The notes under the pieces were generated by a model, which was not told the origin of the DNA, ran no database searches, and saw nothing but the letters and a program-made list of their open reading frames with translations. DNA of 64,000 nt from Eledone cirrhosa (lineage: Eukaryota): assembly GCA_964016885.1 (NCBI GenBank), contig OZ024749.1, positions 39,370,001 to 39,434,000 of the forward strand, read 5' to 3'. Both the position numbers and the translations under genes were made by a program. Every line of letters begins with the position of its first letter. Positions within the stretch are counted from its first letter, which is position 1. Positions 1 to 13,970 of the stretch are shown one piece after another.

Positions 1-875
1 GTATCTGTGACCTTTAGAGTGAACCAAGGGATCCTACTGCCACACCAAGCCACTTTTGTTCACAGCATTTAACTGCTGAGCTAAACAGAGTGTAGCATTG
101 GTCGGCTTGAATTTGCAAATGATATGGAATTACTTAAATCACCAAGAGGTGATCTCTGACATGCACTTGATAGGTTTGTTGCCAAGTACTGCATAGATGG
201 AATGAAAATCAGTGCTGCAAAGACTGAGACACTCGTCCTCTCAGGGAAGCCTGTGCAGTGCACTCTGCATGTGAGTGGAGTTCCACTGAAGCAGGTAGAG
301 AAGTTCAAGTGTCTTGAGGACATGTTCATGAGTGATGAAGACAGGGGGCTGAATTAATTGCAAGAATTGCAAGAGCTGGTACATTACTGTACCAGCTTCA
401 GCATTCGGTAATCAGAAGGGAGGAAAGTGTAAAAGCCAAAATTACTATCTTCAATTTGGTATTCGTGCCAACCGTTATCTATGGCCATGAATTTTGGGTA
501 ATAACCAAAAGAATGCAATTGCAAACACAAGAGGCAGAATGAAGTCCCCCTGAAGAATCTTTGGAGTAACATTACTCAATGGAGTGCATTGCTTGGAGAT
601 CAGAGTTGCTCCAGATAGAGCCACTACTTTTCTGAATTGAGATTACAGCTCTGATACTTTGGACATGTGGCTAGAATATCTCATGAAATAATCACTGGAC
701 AGATTTAAGAGGCAAAACCAACTGGTAGGAGAGCTAGAGTTAGACCACAAACAAGATGGTTGGATAACATTCATAAGCTTGACTGGTCTTGCTTGGAAAT
801 CAAGCCAAATCAAGATGGTTGCTTTTGACAGGACCCATTGGAAGGAGTGTTTGAGGAGTCTGTCCTGATAACCCT
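1..875 (+). mobile_element. Decayed RTE-like LINE 3' half (related - strand fragments 26290-26545, 26810-27140, 38695-39160, 55505-55915)
   Basis: LQHALDRFVAKYCIDGMKISAAKTETLV..VPLKQVEKFKCL, (W)FGHVAR and GRRARVRPQTRWLDNI, with frameshifts. Confidence 0.8.
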
Positions 876-1735
876 CTTATACCCTCAGTAGTATATACCT
901 GCACAATATGGGAGAAAGGTCTCTGGTGTGTATAACAGAAAGCATAAGTTGCTTTGTGGTTCCAGCAGTGGACAAAATGGAGAAAGTGTTACCCCAGAGG
1001 ATAGTGAGGGAGATGTGTTGAAATAGGCTCACCAATAGTTAAAGAGGTTGTTTCACAATCACTAGGTTCTAGGTTCTGGGTTCAATCCCACTGTGTTGGC
1101 AACTGTCATTCATCATAATCTCAGATTGACCCATGATGTGAATGAAATTAGAAACTGTTATAAAGTCTGCCAGTTGGTCTGTGCCTGTAACTCAAAGGTC
1201 TATGCTTTCTATGCACTTTGTCATACTGAATCTCCCTGAGAATTACATAAAAAGTACACTGTCGAATACAGAGGCTGTTCTGTTGATTGAACAATTGGAA
1301 GACTTATCATCGAATCTGACAGAGGTCCATTCCAATGCAGTTGAAAGAGAGGGAGAGAATAATATATCTAGACTGTCCTATTACACTTCATAGTATTTCT
1401 GTATATCAATAAATTATGGTTACCACCACCATTTAGAAGTGTACAGAAATAGACCGTGGAGAGAGAGAGAGAGAGAATTTTAACGTGTCTAGACTATCTT
1501 ATTATAATTAATCAGTATATTGTAGTTGGTCAGTCAGCCCAACTAGTTGCAAGCCAGAGCTGCTAAATCACAGCTAACCGCAACAATAACAACTACATAT
1601 TAAAAGGCGTGTGTGTAAATGGATTCACCAGTATTAACAATTGCAGTGGGGAAAGAGGTGGTTAGTCTAAATTATTGTGGTTTCAGTATGTCCTTTAGCC
1701 AAGGCTGAACATTGTATGTGTTTGTGTATATACAT

Positions 1736-1765
<30 letters not shown>

Positions 1766-1768
<3 letters not shown>

Positions 1769-1952
1769 TTATAGAAGGAGCTTCTACAGGACTAGTACTG
1801 TTTCATTCAGATGAAATCTTCAGGAAGATTTCACCTGAATGAAACAGTACTAGTCCTGTAGAAGCTCCTTCTATAAAATGAAAAAATTTTACTCTGCCAT
1901 GTATTGAGTACCTTACTTACTGTGGTTATCCCCGACTCAACCCGGGACCTAC

Positions 1953-1953
<1 letters not shown>
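1766..1953. mobile_element. Asymmetric inverted-repeat PLE-pLTR-like insertion, family A (related copies 6307-6420, 15460-15573, 59480-59628)
   Basis: Arms 1766-1822 and 1825-1878 plus a one-sided tail to 1953, (TA)n on both sides. Contains CTGA(A/T)GA..GAAA-cagtactag-TC; stem I is absent. Confidence 0.75.
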
Positions 1954-1990
<37 letters not shown>

Positions 1991-3469
1991 TCATCATCAT
2001 CACTGTTTTACATCCATTCTTCCACGCTAGCATGGGTTAGACAGGTTGTCTTGTTGTGGGCAATGCCAGGTCAAGTAACCATGTCTTGCTCATACAGGAC
2101 TCATTTTGGCTTGGTTTCTACAGCTGGATGCCCATCCTAACACCAACCTCATTTACAGTGAGTAGTGGGTGCTTTTTTACTGTGGCGCCTACACGACCAC
2201 TTTACAGTGTGGACTGGGTGCTTTTTGCTGTGACACCTACACGACCACTTTACAGTGGGAGGGGTGTGGGGGCATATTGTTTATATGCTTCAGCTTGTAC
2301 CCGTGGGAACTTGGGTCTTCTGTATTACTGCACAACGCCAGAGGTCTTGCTCCTATATATATCAGAATGGCAGCAGTAAAAATGAGTTAGACCATTACTC
2401 ACCAGAGTACTCGATACTTGGAGTAGTAGAATAGGTAATATGAAAAATTCGGAGAGTTCGGATCTAGTTGTTGAAACAACAGGAGCTCAGCCGTTAGGGT
2501 CCGGAACTTGTTCATGTATATGAAACCTGGTATGCATAATGATATTCACCATATTCCAGTATCGATAGAGGGTTGGACGCCATGCTTTGCAGCATAGAGT
2601 TACGGCCCTTTATGATCTGAGTTCAAATCCCGCCGAGGCTAACTTAGCCTTTCATCCTTACAGGGTTGATAAAGTAAAGCACCAGTCACACACTGGGGTC
2701 GATTTAATCGACTTTCCCCTCCCCCAAAATTGATGGCCTTGTGCCTATACAAGAAGCCCTTAGTCTATATTTTCTATTGTATTTTCATGGTAAAGGCTTT
2801 ACCTCACATAATTATCTCATATAACATTGAATTTATGAGACTTTGGTATTATTTATTTTGAAAACAATACCTTAACATTGGTATGAGTGGCCAGTTACAG
2901 CTGGTTTGGTCAGAAAGAGGTGAGAGAATTCTAGCTGAATACAGCCGGTTTAAATGCTAAAGGGTTAAATTATGTTCCAAACACCTACTAAGTAATTAGA
3001 AATGTAGCTATATTACTAAATATCTCAAAACTCTTGATTATTTTCGAAAGGATTTGAAAATTATAGGCAGTGTCTTTCATTAAATATATGGTAACGAAAG
3101 GATTAAAGTTGTCAATCCATGTCCTTTCAAATACCAACATTTTTAGGTATTCAAAAAATGTGTTAATGTCGTTGCCCTCAACAACGTCTGACAGAATTCA
3201 AAATCTAGTATCAATAGTCAAAACTAGACTAATCAACATCCACTAGTTTTTGACCTTGTGTACTGTTAATAATCTTTGTCAATAAAATCAATTTTAACAA
3301 CTGATGAATACTAGATGAATACTAAATGCTAATTTAGGGCATTTCTTGGTTTGCTTAAATATATCTACTAAGTTAACTGCTTAACTTAACAAATAACAAC
3401 TACTTTTAATATATTAAAATAATCATCATCATCAGAGCATTATGCCCCTTGGAACATCAAGCATAAGTA

Positions 3470-3775
3470 GTGAAAGAGTCATTCGCTGGGAAGAAAAACT
3501 TAACAACTTCCCAATAGTAACAACTATGGAGCTAAAGTGTGGAAATGCCTAAACAGACTAAGATCTGGTGTTGGACGTACAAAAGTCAATCTTGCAAAAT
3601 GGGGATATTTAAAGGATGTGGATGTTATGTGTGACTGTGGCATCGAACCACAGACCATGCAGCACCTCCTGCTGGAACGCCCCTCCACAGCATTGGACTT
3701 GGCAGAGTTTGAGAAAGACAGCTGTGCCAAGCTTTGTAACTGACACTCTTGTGGACATAACAAGATCATCATCAT
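3470..3775 (+). mobile_element. Non-LTR retrotransposon C-terminal fragment (RTE-X/I-group-like zinc-knuckle end)
   Basis: WKCLNRLRSGVGRTKVNLAKWG...CDCGIEPQTMQHLL. Confidence 0.7.
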
Positions 3776-6700
3776 TATCATTGTTTGCAATCTATGTTCC
3801 ATGCTAGTATGGGTTAGACAGGTTGTCGTGTACTTGACTGGTCTGATGGCCATGTCATATTCATACACACAATTTTTGGTTTGGTGTGTATGGCTGAATG
3901 TCCTTCCTAACAGTAACAACTCTGCAGTGGATACTGGAAACGTTTTATTGTAACTCCAGCACTGAGAGGACTGGGTGCTTTTTGTCATAGCACCAGAGCT
4001 ACCATGTTACAGTATGGACCGGGTGTTTTTCATCATAGCACCATCACTACCACCTTTCAGGGCAGACCAGGTACTTTTCATCATGGGACCAGCACTACCA
4101 CCTTACAGGGCAGACAAGATGCTTTTCATCGTGGCACCAGCACTCTATTTAAATATATTAACATAAAACATAATTGTTTCTACTTTTGGCACAAGGCCAG
4201 CAATTATCCCAGTATATTACTGGTACTTTATTTTATCGACCCCGTAAGGATGAAAGGCAAAGTTAACCTCGGCGGGATTTGAACTCAGATCGTAAAGGGA
4301 CATAACTATGCTGGAAAGCATGTCTGACCCTCTACCGATACTGCCAACATAATATGCTAGTTTCAGATTTACAATCAATCATTCTTTTCTCACTGCTATT
4401 ATAAGTTAAAAGCAGTTTATATTTTTGCTTGTTATTATCATCACAGCTGTTTGTATGAATAAAACAGGATTATTTGACCCAGTATCCGTGAATCCATGTA
4501 ATTAGTTTATGGATATTATAACAAATGCATGCCTGGTGGATTGATTTTTTTTTCTTATGGCAACATAGAATGGCCCAGCTAAAAGATAAAAATTAAAACT
4601 TATACATTAGATAGGTAGAGAAGCTCCATATTGGAGTCTCATTCACCATAAGACAGAAGAGAAAATGTTAACCTCTTCATTACCATATTTCTAATGAAAC
4701 ACCCAGTGGTGGTGGTGGGAGTGGTAGTGACTCCAGCACTACTGCCTTACAGGCAGATATTCACACACACACACGCAACACAACACACACATACACACAC
4801 ACTCTCTCTCTCCCATATTTCTAAAGTCATATTTCAATTAATTGGTGAAGAATTTTGAAGTAGTTATTCAAATTACTGATTACTTTATTATTACCTCAAT
4901 TATTTCATCATTATCATCATCATCGTCATCACTTAATATCTATTTTCCATGCTTGGTTTTGTTTCATAGAAACCAGAGGCGGTGATTACAGTAATGTCTC
5001 TGAAAATAAATAATGTGTCACAAAATATTTAAATTATAGGTGAAGACTAGAATTTTAAATGTTAAGTGACAACAACACATTCAAAAGTGGTGCTCCAACA
5101 TGGCCAAAACAAATAAAAAACATGATTTTAATACCAATACCGTTGACAAACCTGTTTTAATTATATAAGCTTGTCGATTAGTCAGCTAATCTATACGTTG
5201 GTTCTAAGGCATGTAGACTTTGTTCATACTGATCAGTGGATTAGATTTTCAACAATGATATGAAGTGAGTTGGTGATAAGTATAAGTTTATAAGAATTCT
5301 CAACAAAAAACATACCTATACTTCTAAGAGATCTACAGATGTAATATATATATATATATTTATATATATATGTTTATATATATATATGTTTATATATATA
5401 TGTTTATATATATGTTTATATATATATATATATACACACATACGCACATATATATATATATACATACATATGCATGTATGTATATATATATACATACATA
5501 CACGTCTATGTATGTATATATATATATATATATACATACACGTGTATATATATATATATATACATACACGTGTATGTATATATATATATATATATACATA
5601 CACGTGTATGTATATATATATACATACATACACATGTATATATATATATATATATATACATACATACACATGTATGTGTGTATATATATATACACATGTA
5701 TGTATATATGTATAAAAAAATTTAATATAGAAAGAACTAGGAAACAATTACATAAAATTTTCAAAAACTTCAACTTAGGTGTTACCTTAGATAAATCGAT
5801 CCCCTGTGCATTACTGGTGCTTTATTTTATCGACCCCATAAGGATGAAAAGCAAAGCTAACCCCAGCGGGATTTGAACTCAGAACGCAAAGGGCCGTAAC
5901 TCTATGCTGAAAAGCATTCTGTCTGAATCTCTACCGATACTCATTTATGAATAACAGTTTTGCTTATAGTTTACCCAGAAAGCAGTCACTGGTTTACTGT
6001 ATTTCTCATGTCGGGGTAAACAAAGGAGTGTTTATGTAATTTGGGTAAAATATATATCACAAGATATTTTTGTATGACACACTAATTTATCAGACATTTC
6101 TCATTGAAGTAGTGTGTATCTTTCCCAACATACACACACATTTCCTATGTGTATATATTTGTATATAAACCCATGCTAGCATGGAAGATAGATGTTAAAC
6201 GATGATGATGATACAAAATGTATGTTGGGTTAGAATCCAAAGTTGTGTTGGGTTAAAATGGTACTTAATACAGTGGTAAACTATAGGCATCTTAATTATA
6301 TATATATCATAGAAATGACTTCTACAGGACTAAAACTCTTTCATTCATATAAAATCATTAGGACATTCCTGATGATTTCTTGTGAATGAAACAGTTGTAG
6401 TCCTGTAAAACTCATTTCTCTCTCTCTCTCTTTCTATATATATATATATATATATTCTGTATTTATCGTTGTTGTGATATATGTATGGCCACTGCCTTCT
6501 GTTATTCTTCTTGGTGCCACACTTTTTAACTGTTGTATTTACTCTGGATGGTAATGTATTAAAATACCGGTCTACTGAGTGCTTTGTAATTGCCTCAAAC
6601 AACTCAATTAGTATCTGCTGCATGGTACCTACAACTTTGATTCATGCCTAATATATACATATATATATATAATATATAGATTAGGAAAGTCACCGAATTT

Positions 6701-7189
6701 ATTTTAGTGACCTCTGGTCATAGCTTACTTAATGAGATAACAAACATGCAGCTGATTGGCTGCACGTCGCATCACAGACTGGACACAAATAGTTGTTTAG
6801 TGAGTTTTATGGCAATGTTCAGGTTTTGGTACACTGTAACAATCTCCTGGATGGAATTCTGTTTCATTGTAATCTTCACCTATAATAGTTATTAAAAGTG
6901 CTGTCAACATTTTGATCATCATCGTTTAATGTCCATCTTCCATGCTAGCATGGGTTAGACGGGTTTGTCCCGTTTAGAGTCAAGTTGGGTCGGGTGACCG
7001 TAACTTGCCCTTATAGGACTGTTTCTGGCTGGCTTTCTACGGTTGGAGGTCCTTCCTAATGCCAACCGCATTTACAGTGTGTTGGGTGCTTTTTGTCGTG
7101 ACACCAGCACGACCACTTTATAGTGTGGGATGGATGTTTTGTGGTACAAACATAACACACACATATATATCATGTTATTTGATATATAA

Positions 7190-7690
<501 letters not shown>

Positions 7691-8072
7691 GACGCAGATA
7701 AAATATGTTGTAAGGCCATGGGGCTGTCAGCATGGTAGATGACAGTATAGAGGGAATTGATATTGAGTGTGAAGAGATGTGGTGGTAGGCTAGATTGAAC
7801 ACATGCCTGGCCAATGGGGGAGAACACACTCCAATACACAGACCACCACAATGATTTACTTTTCATCCTTTTGAGGTTGATAAAGTATCAGTCCAGTGAT
7901 AATGGTTTTGTGTATTTTTCTTAGTTTTATTTTTATCATTTTTATTGCCTTCAATAATTAATCAATTAATCAGTATTCTATTATTACCAAAACCACATCC
8001 CAAAGACTAGGCTTTCTCTTCAGTTATATCATACTCTACCATTTTACAAAAAGGAAAGACACATTAGATAAT

Positions 8073-8260
8073 TGTTTCTAGTTTAGGCACAAGGCCAGCA
8101 ATTAATCAGTACATTACTGGTACTTTATTTTATCGACCCCCGTAAGGATGAAAGCAAAGTTAACCTCGGCGGGATTTGAACTCGGACTGTAAAGGGACGT
8201 AACTATGCTAGAAAGCATGGCGTCCAACCCTCTAACGATACTGCTAATTCCCCGCCCTTC
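8073..8260 (-). mobile_element. tRNA-derived SINE (Meta/Sauria-like central domain), full length with 26-bp TSD; at least 15 copies in the window
   Basis: B-box gagttcaaatccc and core gcctttcatccttacggggtcgataaaataaagtaccag. TSD 8047-8072 = 8261-8286. Other copies at about 2560, 4172, 5790, 13988, 14173, 16525, 17739, 33825, 43550, 43730, 49990, 53440, 54670, 54880, 57190 and 57395. Confidence 0.88.
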
Positions 8261-8384
8261 CAAAAAGGAAAGACACATTAGATAATGATGTAGCTTTAGA
8301 TATACTAGCCTGGAGAAATTGTTTGCTATAGCTCCAGCTCAACATTGATCTATGTCTAAGTCTAAAGTCTGTTTTAAGCCATTT

Positions 8385-8624
8385 AAGGCTCATTAGGCTG
8401 GTGCTTATTCTGGTTTTATGGTGTGAAGTGACTAAGAGTACAAGACTCTCCCTGGATAGGATGCCAGCCAGCTATTGCTGGTACTCATTTTCAGCTGAGT
8501 ATACTGGAAGAATATAAAATGAACCGTTTTGTTCAAGAACACAACACGCAACCTGGCCCAGGAATCGAACCCACAATATTATGATTGTAAGTCTAACACC
8601 CTTACCACTAGACCACATGCCTCC
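8385..8624 (-). mobile_element. tRNA-derived CORE-type SINE (copies about 18022-18175, 20985-21108, 27410-27575, 28956-29100)
   Basis: ggaggcatgtggtctagtggtaagg A-box and ggttcgattcc B-box; core ccttgagcaagacacttta seen in the 28956 copy. Confidence 0.8.
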
Positions 8625-8689
8625 AGGTCAACATTGATCTGACAGACTTAAATTCATGTAGACAAAAAAATAGTCATTAATGGCTGTTA

Positions 8690-9480
8690 ATTAGTCTGTG
8701 TGACATTTCCAAGATAATTTCAAAAGTGTTTTTAAAGTTCAACATCTCAAATTGCTTGTTTAAGAATGCCAGAATTAATATTTCTTAAAAGAAAAGAAAC
8801 TGCTAAGATGTTGTGTCTTTCCGGTAGCAGTTTATTTATAAGCATGCATGTAATGGTGTTGTTTTATCAAGAAATAAAGTTTAAAATTGCAGCAATCTGT
8901 CCACTAATAAAAATACCGTAAGCATTTGAATTAACAAACCCTATTTTTAGATATTTACATGACTGACATGCTGAATAATTTAAAAACCTTGTTCACTCAT
9001 GTTGTAGTTGGATAGAAATGTTTCTATGTAGTGAGCATAGTTCAGAGAAGGTTAAAGATTATTTAATATTTGTGTTAGCTCAATTTGGAATTCCACAAAT
9101 TATTTTATCAGACAATGGTCCAGAGTTTATAGCAGTAAAACAATGGTTAAATTGACTTGGGTGTAAAAAACTTGAAACCCCAACATATAAGTCATCGGGA
9201 AATAGTTCAACAGAAAAGGCAATTCAAATTATTAAACATGCACTGTTAGGTTCATATAGTGCTGAGCCATTATGCTGCTTCTGGTGAAATCAGAAAATCA
9301 ATTTTTGAAAAATACTTGGTAGGTTCATTCATACAGCAGTCAACATATTCTCTGAAATAGGAGAAACTGTGTCATGTAAGAATAACCCCATGAAGTTTCC
9401 TGTAGAGCCAGAATACTTAATACATGTAGGGTGCAACACTGCCTAGATTAGAAATAGAGTAGGTGGCATCTAACTTGTAT
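8690..9480 (+). mobile_element. Decayed Ty3/Gypsy integrase fragment
   Basis: QFGIPQIILSDNGPEF...ETPTYKSSGNSSTEKAIQIIK, with stops. Confidence 0.7.
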
Positions 9481-9494
9481 TTGTTAAACAGCTA

Positions 9495-10048
9495 GAATCA
9501 GTCTGACCATTTAGTAGCAATACAGAGACGTGCAACCAAGCAAATACCCTCCATCAGGCATCTACCATACTCCGAATGCCTTGCTTCGCTGGGCAGGGAT
9601 ACATTGAAGCTCCAACGTCTGGCAACTGACTTGGTAAACACCCACAAAATTATTAACCATCTTGCCAACAACAACCCTGAGGGCCTTTTTGAATTCCAGA
9701 TGTCTAACACACGTGGGCATGCCTACAAAGTCAGAAAACAGCACAGCTCCCATGACTTTCGGAAACATTTTTTCAAGCACAGAGTTGTTGAAACACGGAA
9801 CAAACTACTTGCATCAGTTGTTAGCTGCCGAGACACTGCATCCTTTAAAACCTCCATGCTTCCTGTTATTCGTCAACACTATACCTGATATCCCCCCCCC
9901 CTCCATACACATGCACACATGTATATCATGACTCGTACACTATTCACTTTCCTGACATTCGTACATTATTCTATGTACTATACATGCACCTTTGATGAGT
10001 TGTAGTACTCCTGAGCATTGTACACTATAATTTCATTATAATTATTAA
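9495..10048 (+). mobile_element. CR1-clade LINE 3' end (shorter tails 13725-13803, 16636-16745, 36413-36715)
   Basis: IQRRATKQIPSIRHLPYSECL, NTRGHAYKV, RKHFF..RVV; shared 3' UTR ending gagttgtagtgcacctgagcactgtac...(ATT)n. Confidence 0.85.
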
Positions 10049-10729
10049 ATCATTACATGATGTCAAGAGTTAATCAACACATATCTATTTGACAAACTTC
10101 ACATTCCTAATTGACATTCATTGGTGATGATAATGATAATGATAATGGTGATGATAAATCTGATAAAATTAATGACAGCTAAGTTTTTTAGATAATTCAT
10201 TTAGCAACTAGTCATGGTCTGGTAATTTATTTTCTGTATTCTTAATAACAGTTATTTTTGTGATGATAATGATGAGGACTCTCTGAAATACTACTAGATG
10301 AGTACTTTTCACTCACTTTATTGGGTTCTTTTGTTATTCCTCCTTTTAACATTGATGTCTTTCCAAGTATAAAAAAAGAAAATATACATGCAACAATATG
10401 TACATATGGTATCAATCACAATGATAAATCATGTGCTTGTGTGTGTGTGCGTGTGTACTCACACACACACACACACACTCATTGAGTGCTTTGTAACAAC
10501 CTTAGAAAATCGATTGCGAATCTGCTACTCGCAGCTACAACTTCGGTTATACTCCTCATTATATATATATATATGTATATATATATATAATCCTCATCGT
10601 CACTGTTTAACAACCATTTTCCATGCTAGTATGGGTTAGATGAGTTGTCCTGTTGTGAGATCAGATGACCATGTCTTGCTCATACAGAACTGTTTCAGAA
10701 AACAGAGGGTAGATAAGTGGCTTTCATCA

Positions 10730-11200
10730 CTATATATTCTAAAAATAGACTTTCACCTCTATTAATATAGTTTAAATTATTACTTTCTTAGTAACTAGAC
10801 CTCTTAATTATTGATTGATATATTTATTACTGAATTAAGCTTCCATAATTTTTCTATTGGTTTTCTTAATATAGTCTGTTAATTTTATAATTTTTGTTAC
10901 TCTAATTAACAAGTATCATTAAACTTATAAGCTCTAGTTGTATATCTATAACATTATTTTTGAGTGAAGTATATGTATATCAGTATGTAATGGTTTAACA
11001 AAACATTTATAGTTACTGCACGGTATATATTTATTACTAATAAATTTTTAATTGCGTTTTAGTCTTCCATAAAACTGTAGCGTTTTCTTAGCTGTTAGTT
11101 TGAATTTTGTTTACGTTTTTGGACTGTTGATATTATGGAGATACGTTGGTAAATATTTATATTACTTAATAGATTCTGTTGAGATCAACATAGCAAGAAT
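10730..11200 (-). mobile_element. Possible heavily decayed PLE reverse-transcriptase fragment
   Basis: Broken - strand peptides LHNINSPKT*TKFKL and V(F)VKPLHTD resemble the PLE RT LN.I...IKFT and VYRKPTHT motifs. Confidence 0.3.
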
Positions 11201-11465
11201 GAATATTCCTGCTTAGGTGGATCGAAACGTTCGTCAAATCAATTAAATCATCTCAACCTTGGGCACTACCGCTCCCCCCCCCCCGAGATGATTTAATTGA
11301 TTTGACGAACGTTTCGATGGATCTTCTTAACCCCCCCCCCCCGGGGGGGGGGGTTAAGAAGATCCATGGAGGTGCTGGGGCTTAAGGGGACGGTAGAGAT
11401 GATATAATAGTATATTAAATATGAAATGATACATATATATAAATATAGTAAAATTAAAAAAATAT

Positions 11466-12116
11466 ATGACACGGATCACTAACAGATGCAGCGACCCGAT
11501 GGGTGGTCTCACCCATACCACGCAATTCCGTAATCTACTCAGATCTAATGGTTATCCCAAGCGACTGATTAACGGAATTAGAGACCCCAGACCCAGTAGA
11601 CTGGCACCCACTAGAAAACTTAATATTAGCAGGTGCTTCTTTAAAATCCCCCACCTGAGTGAATATACCACGAACGCCATCCGCAGGGCCATACGGACGG
11701 AGGGACTTGACATACATTTGGCCCACACAGGACCTTCGCTGCGAAGATGCCTCTCCAACAAACCCTACGAGGCAGATGGGACGTGTTCCCTCAGCAACTG
11801 CCCGATACGGGGGGCAGATTGCCTACGCACCTATGTCGTATATAAAATTCAATGCGATAAATGTAACAAGTTTTACATAGGTAGCACCATCCGACCCCTA
11901 CATGTTCGTATCAAGGAACATATCAACACCAACGCATCTTCCTTCCGTAAACATATCCTTAAATGCGGAAACCCACAGGGTAGACCCTTGGTCACAGTCC
12001 TAGCGACTGAACGCAGCATCGGATCCTTAAGGATAAAGGAAGCACTTGTTATTAAGAACCTCAGACCCCCACTTAACAACCGGGCTGAGAGAAATGAGCT
12101 GACATGGCTAACTTAA
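11466..12116 (+). mobile_element. Penelope-like retroelement, 5'-truncated ORF (RT thumb/linker + GIY-YIG endonuclease)
   Basis: NGYP thumb motif, CSLSNCPI linker, VVYKIQCDKCNKFYIGSTIRPLHVRIKEH GIY-YIG core, EAL.I...P.LN terminus. 216 codons open. Confidence 0.92.
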
Positions 12117-12714
12117 CCATAATGACCATTTACAGCCTACGGCCTGCTATCTTCACACACACGCACGTATATGCATACCCATACGCATACACACACACAT
12201 CTATATTTATACACGCACACATGTTTTTACAACCTACCACCTTTCACACCCTTTGATTTCCAGCTTCTACAGCCCACTATCTTTCACACACAAACGCACT
12301 CAGTTACACACACATGTATACCCATACGCTTACACACACACATCTATATTTATACACGCACACATATTTTACAACCTACCACCTTTCACACCCTTTGATT
12401 TCCAACTTCTACAGCCCACTATCTTTCACACACACACACACACTCACACATACACTCACACATATACACACTTACACTTATACACACACAGTTACACACA
12501 CATATATATCTACATACACATATCTTACGGCTTTCACACGCTAACGCACCCTCTTGATTTAACCCATTTGGTCAGTAGCTTTTGCCACAGCCTATCACGC
12601 GCACGCGCATTCTTTCCCTCGTTTAAATTTTAAATATTTTTCTCCCCATAACGGCATTCCTGTCTTAACGACATCACAACTTTCTCCGCTTAGCCTGTTC
12701 CCCCCCTTTTGGAA

Positions 12715-12765
12715 CTTTTCCCCTGTTGATGGGCGTGAGCCCGAAATATTGGGATTAAATCTCTA
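12715..12765 (+). ncRNA. Degenerate hammerhead-like motif in the PLE 3' region (pLTR)
   Basis: CTGTTGA-T-gggc GTGA gccc-GAAA (12723-12746). Core A6 is changed to U and stems I/III are unclear. Confidence 0.5.
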
Positions 12766-13404
12766 CTACGGTAACCCTTCTACCTTTGTTTTGTTTTCAT
12801 CTTTGTCTCTCTCAATTTTCACTTTCACCTGTTTTTCCTATCTATATTTCACTTCCTACCTCGAGATTTCCCTTTGCATTGTTGTGGCTTTCTTAAATAC
12901 GTATTTTTACACATTTCTCAATGCTTCAAGCAAACTTTAACACCCTCTTATATAATATGTATTTATACAGAGTATATATTATATTATTTATTATATATAA
13001 ATTAACGATTTTATTTATTATATATTATTTGCAATTTACGTGTAGGCAAGTCTCTTTGGAAATAGGAGGTGGGGGGGGGGGGGGGTTGAGTCTATTACAT
13101 GGCCTTGGGGGGTCAAAAATTTGAGAAGTTCTGAATTAAATGATTTAATTTAATTTAATCCGGGTTATTTTATTCATTTATACATAAGCTCTGTGATATT
13201 GCAAAACTATTGATTCGAAATTTATCGATTGGATTAAACTCTGAATTCTCTTTTACCTATCTTGCTGTGGACTATAAAATCACATTTGAGCTTTGAAATA
13301 TTCTTTGCCTTTATATGGAGGTGCTATCAACTCATCTAAACTCTTATTTATATATATATTGGACATTTTTTTAATGTTTCTCCATTATAATCCTGTCTCT
13401 ATTT

Positions 13405-13520
13405 GTACTCCTGAAGAAGGGCTAAAGCCCGACACGTCGAACTTTTTTCCTCTTACCAATAAAAAGCGGGAAACAAATTAGACTTTTTGTACCTCTGTTT
13501 GTTGTCTCCTTGAACTATAT
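13405..13520 (+). ncRNA. Degenerate minimal hammerhead + pLTR tail ending in (TA)n
   Basis: ctc-CTGAAGA-A-gggc taaa gccc-GACA-cg-TC-ga (13408-13440; GAAA>GACA), then AATAAA and a microsatellite. Confidence 0.55.
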
Positions 13521-13804
13521 ATATATGTATGTGTGTGTATATATGTATGTGTGTGTGTATATATGTATGTGTGTGTATATATGTATGTGTGTGTATATAT
13601 GTGTGTGTGTATATATGTATGTGTGTGTATATATGTATGTGTGTGTATATATGTAAATATATGTATATATGTAAATATATGTATGCACGTAAATATATGT
13701 GATATATATATATATATATATATATATGTACTATACATGCACCTTTGATGAGTTGTAGTGCACCTGAGCACTGTACAGAATAATTTCATTATTATTATTA
13801 TTAT

Positions 13805-13970
13805 ATATAGGAACGAGTAGGACTAGTAGTCCAGAATTAGCCGTCGAAACGGCTTGAGCTCAGCCGTCGGGGTCCTACTCGTTCCTATTACCCACTCTAC
13901 TACCCTAAGTATTGAGTACTTTGGTGCATTATGGTCCACCTGGTTCCTTACCACATTTCCTCCGTTATAT
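13805..13970. mobile_element. Asymmetric inverted-repeat insertion, family C (copies 50350-50468, 18563-18650; relatives 2360-2520, 28830-28945, 18480-18548)
   Basis: ataggaacgagtaggac / gtcctactcgttcctat arms, GAAA-cggct tgagctc agccg-TC hammerhead stem III, tail, (TA)n flanks. Confidence 0.7.
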
